Under the pieces are notes generated by a model that made no database searches, was not told where the DNA came from, and saw nothing but the letters and a program-made list of their open reading frames with translations. A stretch of 64,000 nucleotides of DNA. Source: an uncultured Phycisphaerales bacterium. Lineage in GTDB: Bacteria; Planctomycetota; Phycisphaerae; Sedimentisphaerales; Anaerobacaceae. Positions within the stretch are counted from its first letter, which is position 1. Each line of letters starts with the position of its first letter. The stretch is taken from positions 2,112,001 through 2,176,000 of the forward strand of contig OY970359.1 in the NCBI GenBank assembly GCA_963718665.1, read 5' to 3'. Positions 58,870 through 64,000 of the stretch are shown piece after piece. The position numbers and the translations under genes are program-made.

Positions 58870-60276
58870 ATGGAAATGAAATTAAGGTTTTTGGGGGCAG
58901 CACAGAACGTAACGGGTTCAAGGCATCTTCTTGAGGTTGACGGAATTCGTCTTCTCGTTGACTGCGGGCTGTATCAGGAAAGGCAGTTTCTGGAAAGAAA
59001 CTGGGCGCTGTTCGTTGTGCCTCCCGAAAGCATAAACGCGGTATTCCTCACGCACGCACATTTAGACCACTGCGGATTATTACCCAAACTTGTGCGAGAT
59101 GGCTTCAGGGGGAGGATTTACTGCACACAGGCCACGGCGGAGATAGCGAGGATAATACTTCTGGATTCCGCCCGGATTCAGGAAGAAGATGCCGAGTACA
59201 AACGCAAGAGACACGAAAAACAGGGCAGGAAAGGGCCGCATTCTGATGAGCCGCTTTATACGGTCAAGGATGCAGAGGCGTGTTTCCCTTATTTTGAGCC
59301 GGTAAAATACGGCCAGCAGATAAACATAGCTGGTGGTATAGTAGTAACCCTTTGTGACGCAGGCCATGTGCTTGGTTCGTCGATGGTAAAGGTTGATGTG
59401 AACCAGAACGGCGATAAAAGAACAGTGCTGTTTACCGGCGATTTAGGCAGACCCGGCAGGCCTATACTGCCAGACCCGAGCATTACCGAAAAGGCGGATT
59501 ATATTATTATCGAATCGACTTATGGCGACAGGGACCATTGTGAGACCTGCGACGTGAAAAAGCAGATAGCGGACGTTATCAACGCGACCAAAGAAAGGGG
59601 CGGCAACATCGTCGTTCCAAGTTTTGCCCTTGAACGCTCGCAGGAAATCCTGTTTTACTTAAAGGAGCTGCTGCTCGAAGACGCCATACCGCATTTGATT
59701 ATTTTCTTAGACAGTCCGATGGCGGCGAAGATTACCGAGATTTTCAGGAATCATCAGGAATTGTTCGACGAAGAGACGCAGGAGATGCTAAGGGAGCATC
59801 ATTCGCCCTTTGACTTGCCAGAATTGAAAGTTACGACGACAAGCGAGGAATCCAAGGCAATCAATCATATAAAAGGCACAGTGATGATTATCGCCGGCTC
59901 AGGGATGTGCACCGGCGGAAGAATCAAACATCATCTGGCCAATAACATCTCGCGGAAAGAAAGCACGATAATGTTTGTCGGGTATCAGGCGGTGGGGACA
60001 TTAGGCAGGTTAATCGTTGAAGGCGCAAAAAAAGTGCGAATCCACGGCGAGGAATACAAGGTCAAAGCCAAGATTGTGCAGATAAACGGCTTTTCAGCGC
60101 ACGCGGACCGCAATGAGATGCTTAGCTGGCTTAAAAATTTCAAATCGCCGCCTAAGCAGATTTTCTTAGTGCACGGCGAAGCCGAAAGCGCGCAGGCATT
60201 CGGCGCATTTTTAAGGGACAAAACCGGCTGGCAGGTCAGCATCCCCGCCTACGAAGACCAAGTCGTCCTCGATTAA
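58870..60276 (+). CDS. MBL-fold beta-CASP ribonuclease
   Basis: GAAQNVTGS, THAHLDH, AGHVLGS, ESTYGDR, FSAHAD, VHGE. Confidence 0.92.
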   Translation: MEMKLRFLGAAQNVTGSRHLLEVDGIRLLVDCGLYQERQFLERNWALFVVPPESINAVFLTHAHLDHCGLLPKLVRDGFRGRIYCTQATAEIARIILLDSARIQEEDAEYKRKRHEKQGRKGPHSDEPLYTVKDAEACFPYFEPVKYGQQINIAGGIVVTLCDAGHVLGSSMVKVDVNQNGDKRTVLFTGDLGRPGRPILPDPSITEKADYIIIESTYGDRDHCETCDVKKQIADVINATKERGGNIVVPSFALERSQEILFYLKELLLEDAIPHLIIFLDSPMAAKITEIFRNHQELFDEETQEMLREHHSPFDLPELKVTTTSEESKAINHIKGTVMIIAGSGMCTGGRIKHHLANNISRKESTIMFVGYQAVGTLGRLIVEGAKKVRIHGEEYKVKAKIVQINGFSAHADRNEMLSWLKNFKSPPKQIFLVHGEAESAQAFGAFLRDKTGWQVSIPAYEDQVVLD

Positions 60277-61691
60277 CGGTTGCGTAGTTTGTGGAGGATA
60301 TGCCAGTATGCGCCGCGTGAGCCGGTTTTAATTGCGTCAACGAGTTCGGTGTTATCGTTGTAATTGTGGTCAGTTAATGCTGCGTCGGCCTCATCAATCG
60401 GTTCGAAGAATCTTTTGTCGCCCGCGATAAAATCCTTTATCAACCTCGCGGGATTTGGGCCAAGCAGGTGCGATATGTAAAACGTCGGCCTGAACAAATC
60501 CACCGGGCCGGCATATTTTCGTTTGATGTTGGGGTTCGTTTCCATCGGGCCTTCCGCAGCCGCCGTAATCGCCATATCGGTTCCTGGGTAAACCCGCACG
60601 CCAAGCGGCGCTCCTGCGCAATCGGGATTGATTTGCTTGATGAAGTCGATTGATTCCCTGACGGATGCCGGTGTTTCTCCCGGGCCGCTGAAAATCAGGT
60701 CAATCATCACAGTGATTTTATTATCTTTGCACCACTGAACGGCATTGGCGAGGTCCTGTCTTTTATGTCTCTGGTTTAGCATCGCGTCACAGCCGGAATC
60801 ACCGGTAAAATCGATACCGATGCATCCGGCCTTTCGCATAATCGCCGCCAATTCCGCGTCGAAGGGCACGACTGCCATATATGTGTACCATTTCAACTGT
60901 TTGTCTAATCCTCGCCGCACGAATTCCTCGCAGAGGGCGTATGCGTGGTTGCGGGCGACGTTGAATTCGGAATCGCAGATATGCAGGACGTTGATTCCTT
61001 TGGCGAGCAGCGTTTCCGCTTCGTCCGCGACTTCCGCCGGCTTTCGCACGCGTACAAAAGTCCCTTTGCTTATCCGGTCGGCACAATAAATACAATTGTA
61101 GCCGCAGCCGCGTTTGGTCTCGATGCCGAGCTGTCCGCCTCGATTAAAATAGGTAACATTATCGACTGTGTCCCTGCTTGTGGAAAGCAACAACGGTTCA
61201 GGCCACGTCGGCTTATTTGTGCGAACTGTCTCATCTTCCCACCAGCTTAGCCCAGCGACTTTGTCAAAGCGTCTTCGTCCCTGTAATTGTTCGTACAGTT
61301 CGATTATCGCCTGTTCGCCGTCTCCGCGGATGCCGAAGTCGGCTTTTGTGTATTCAACAATTTGCTGGGCGAAAATCGAGAAGCCCACGCCGCCGAGGAC
61401 AATCGGTGCATCAGTGAGTTTGCGAATTGCTTTTATCTGTTCGGCCAGTTTCGGCACGAACCACTGACAGCTTGGCCAGAAGCAGTCATCGACGTTGCGA
61501 AACGATAACCCGACAAGCTCAGGAGTATGTTTGCTGAAATAATCTTTCAGCGTTGCGTCTTTATTATCGGCCAAGCACAAATCGACCAGGTCAACTTCGA
61601 TACCTGCCTGCTTGGCTGCACCTGCGATATAATCAATCCCGATAGGGGCAATCGCCGGCTGCATCGTATTGGTATTTATCAGAGTAAGCAT
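60273..61691 (-). CDS. cobalamin-binding radical SAM protein
   Basis: N-terminal B12-binding domain; ETKRGCGYNCIYC. Confidence 0.88.
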   Translation of the reverse strand: MLTLINTNTMQPAIAPIGIDYIAGAAKQAGIEVDLVDLCLADNKDATLKDYFSKHTPELVGLSFRNVDDCFWPSCQWFVPKLAEQIKAIRKLTDAPIVLGGVGFSIFAQQIVEYTKADFGIRGDGEQAIIELYEQLQGRRRFDKVAGLSWWEDETVRTNKPTWPEPLLLSTSRDTVDNVTYFNRGGQLGIETKRGCGYNCIYCADRISKGTFVRVRKPAEVADEAETLLAKGINVLHICDSEFNVARNHAYALCEEFVRRGLDKQLKWYTYMAVVPFDAELAAIMRKAGCIGIDFTGDSGCDAMLNQRHKRQDLANAVQWCKDNKITVMIDLIFSGPGETPASVRESIDFIKQINPDCAGAPLGVRVYPGTDMAITAAAEGPMETNPNIKRKYAGPVDLFRPTFYISHLLGPNPARLIKDFIAGDKRFFEPIDEADAALTDHNYNDNTELVDAIKTGSRGAYWHILHKLRNR

Positions 61692-61700
61692 CTTATATTG

Positions 61701-62492
61701 TTATGCGTCTTGTTTCTTGCGTGCCTTGGCGTGTTTCTCAGCGAGCCAGCTCAGGATAATGCCTAACTCGAAAAGTAAATACATGGGGATAGCGAGCGAG
61801 AACATGGAAATCACATCCCCACTAGGTATAATTACCGAGGCAATGATTACTATAGCGAGAATGGCGTACTTTCGGCTGCGATGGAAGGCCTCAAGGGAAA
61901 TGAGACCAGTGCGATTCAGGCACAATATCACAAGGGGCGTCTGGAACGTCAGGCCGAACGTCAGCATCATAGTTGTAACAAACGACACATATTGCTGAAA
62001 TGTAAACGACGACTGAGCGGCCAAGATATTTTCGTTGAACTTTATCAGAATTTTGATAGTAAGCGGCGCCACGAAAAACATAAAGAAAAGAGCGCCGATA
62101 ATGAAAAGAGCAATGGAAAAAGGTATGGTCATATAGACGTATTTTTTTTCGTGCGGGTAAAGTCCGGCGGCCACAAACATCCAGAGATGATAGAAGACCC
62201 AGGGAGAAGCAAGGATTAGCCCTGATATCAGGCATATATTGCAGTAGCTGATAAAACCTTCTGCTGGCCCCAGAATTAAAAGCCTCGATGCCGGATTCGG
62301 ATTATTACTAACGGCTTTTAGATATGGAGCCACAATAAAGGATATTATGCACTGACCGAATATAAAACAAAGCGTCATTCCGACTAACAGACCGATGATG
62401 GCCATAATTAACCGGAAACGCAACTCTTCGAGGTGTTCCCCGAATGTCATTGTAGTATCAGGAAAACCGTCTTTCTTGTTTTTGCGGCTCAT
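61701..62492 (-). CDS. tatC: twin-arginine translocase TatC
   Basis: EHLEELR, FVAAGLYPHEK, FGLTFQTP, 6 TMs. Confidence 0.93.
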   Translation of the reverse strand: MSRKNKKDGFPDTTMTFGEHLEELRFRLIMAIIGLLVGMTLCFIFGQCIISFIVAPYLKAVSNNPNPASRLLILGPAEGFISYCNICLISGLILASPWVFYHLWMFVAAGLYPHEKKYVYMTIPFSIALFIIGALFFMFFVAPLTIKILIKFNENILAAQSSFTFQQYVSFVTTMMLTFGLTFQTPLVILCLNRTGLISLEAFHRSRKYAILAIVIIASVIIPSGDVISMFSLAIPMYLLFELGIILSWLAEKHAKARKKQDA

Positions 62493-62540
62493 CTGGTGCC
62501 GAGTAATGAAAAACCTGGCGGCAATTTAGGGTATAATGTT

Positions 62541-62813
62541 TCAGTTGTTATTTTGGGTGTTTTTAGGCGGCGTGGTTTCGTGGGTTTGTTTAGCAACGTC
62601 GTCTTTCACCTTATTAAGCTCATTGGCAACATCGTCTTTAATATCATTGACTTCGCTCAACCCTTTTTTAAACTGACTAACACTTTTGCCAAGGCCACGA
62701 GCCACATCTGGTAATTTCTTGCCGAATACCAACAGGGCTACGATTAATATAACCAGCCATTCAAATCCCTCTGGCATACCCAGTGCCTGAACGTATTGCA
62801 TATATGCGCTCAT
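62541..62813 (-). CDS. tatA: twin-arginine translocase TatA/E
   Basis: LLVFGKKLPDVARGLGKSVSQFKKG. Confidence 0.92.
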   Translation of the reverse strand: MSAYMQYVQALGMPEGFEWLVILIVALLVFGKKLPDVARGLGKSVSQFKKGLSEVNDIKDDVANELNKVKDDVAKQTHETTPPKNTQNNN

Positions 62814-62944
62814 TTTAATCTCCTATACAAATCTTCGTAGTAGTTACACGATAAAAGTTTAAGTTTCTATGAATAATAAAACATCCGCCGGAAATAATCA
62901 ACAATCAATTATCAATGATAATACGCCTGCGAATCGGCTTGGTG

Positions 62945-63808
62945 CTACCGGACCGCTGTTATTGGCACAATTTTCACGTCTCTGTCGCGATCTTTAGCAG
63001 TATCTATTATATTGCCCGTTTTGTCAACCGCGATACTTTGGCCGCCATAAATCCTGCCTGACCAGGGGCCTCTGCTTATCCTGCCCACAGGATTTGTTCC
63101 CAAAACCACCGCACCTGTTCGTTTCGCGGCGTTTATAACGACATTATGAAACTCCTCGCCGTGCGCGGGCCATTTTAGCTCCTCTTCCGCGTAGCCATAA
63201 GGCGCCAAAAGCAGGTTCGGTTTCAATGCCGCCACCCGGTCGAGAAGGTCTTCGCGATGCGTGTCAGCGCATATAAGCAGGCCAATCTTGCCGAATTTGG
63301 TGTTCACCGTGGCGATGTCGGATTCGCTTCCCGCCGAATAAGGGGGGGACATCAGTTTTTGCGGGATATTTACCTGGCGGTGTTTGAGCAGAATCTGTCC
63401 CCGGTCGTCGATGAGCAGCGCGCTGTTGAACAATCTTCCTACTTCAAATTCCTCAACGCCGATACAGAGATATACCCCGTATTTTTTCGCCAGCTCGCAA
63501 AGCTGTTCCGAATCCGGCCCTGGAATTGTGCAGGCCCTGGTATGCGCATCGGAATTGAGCCAGCCAAGCATTGTCGCTTCGGGAAAGCAGATTAACTTTG
63601 CGTCTTTTGATTTGGCTTCGGCTATCGCGTTTTCAATCCGGACGAAATTGCCGCTCCTGTCGCCGTCGAGGATGAATATCTGGCACATAGCGATGCCCGG
63701 GCCTTTGCGTCGGGATATAACGCGGATGATTGTGCCTATGACGACAATCACCACGAACAGCCCGCCCCAAACCGATGCCCCGTCGCCTGTGCATAATATG
63801 CTGAACAT
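62945..63808 (-). CDS. carbon-nitrogen hydrolase (nitrilase superfamily) with N-terminal TM
   Basis: ICFPE, FNSALLID, FGKIGLLICAD, GQSIAVD; start uncertain. Confidence 0.85.
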   Translation of the reverse strand: MFSILCTGDGASVWGGLFVVIVVIGTIIRVISRRKGPGIAMCQIFILDGDRSGNFVRIENAIAEAKSKDAKLICFPEATMLGWLNSDAHTRACTIPGPDSEQLCELAKKYGVYLCIGVEEFEVGRLFNSALLIDDRGQILLKHRQVNIPQKLMSPPYSAGSESDIATVNTKFGKIGLLICADTHREDLLDRVAALKPNLLLAPYGYAEEELKWPAHGEEFHNVVINAAKRTGAVVLGTNPVGRISRGPWSGRIYGGQSIAVDKTGNIIDTAKDRDRDVKIVPITAVR

Positions 63809-64000
63809 TTCGCCTTGTTTCCCCAAACCGGATTGATAAATGATTACTGATTATTATGCCTTCTGCCGGCAAATAATCAATCACCATTTTCCCTATTTGG
63901 CCGTCTCTGACTGTCACCGGCTAAAGGCAAGAATTTTCATCATCGCAGTTGAATTGTCGATTGTGATTGCGCTGAGCGTCTGGCGGCGCAAAGAATCTCG

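Overview
A 64 kb, mostly core-genome segment. Gene content (mcsAB, csrA, a large N-terminally extended sigma-70 factor, secreted proteins with dockerin/EF-hand-like C-termini) suggests an anaerobic Planctomycetota genome, probably Phycisphaerae/Sedimentisphaerales-like; this is an inference. In order it holds: a sulfur amino-acid operon (YezD-like, outer-membrane protein, metY, cysK, tautomerase); a ~2.9 kb AT-rich islet between two degenerate tRNA-Ala(GGC) 3' halves, with a truncated tyrosine recombinase; csrA, purD and an AsmA-like gene; a GntR/YtrA ABC operon; clpB; secreted glycan-active proteins (GH44-PA14, a beta-helix protein); a MacAB-TolC-type exporter; alternative heme biosynthesis genes (radical SAM with a frameshift); coaD, queD, mcsA-mcsB, dnaK; LPS genes; ileS, pmm, comF, accD, rpe, pgk, gap; lexA; a beta-CASP nuclease; a B12 radical SAM; tatAC; and a nitrilase-family gene. 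Main unannotated signals: (1) an Ile-rich leader peptide with terminator/antiterminator upstream of ileS; (2) a 161-aa ORF overlapping lexA in another frame and carrying two QxxLF clamp-binding-like motifs; (3) a shared sigma-54 promoter, upstream palindrome and TAAC-N17-GTTA site at both clpB and dnaK; (4) a three-gene islet cassette ending in a 15-aa Pro/Lys-rich peptide; (5) heptamer repeats inside coding linkers. All calls come from reading the sequence; no database searches were run.
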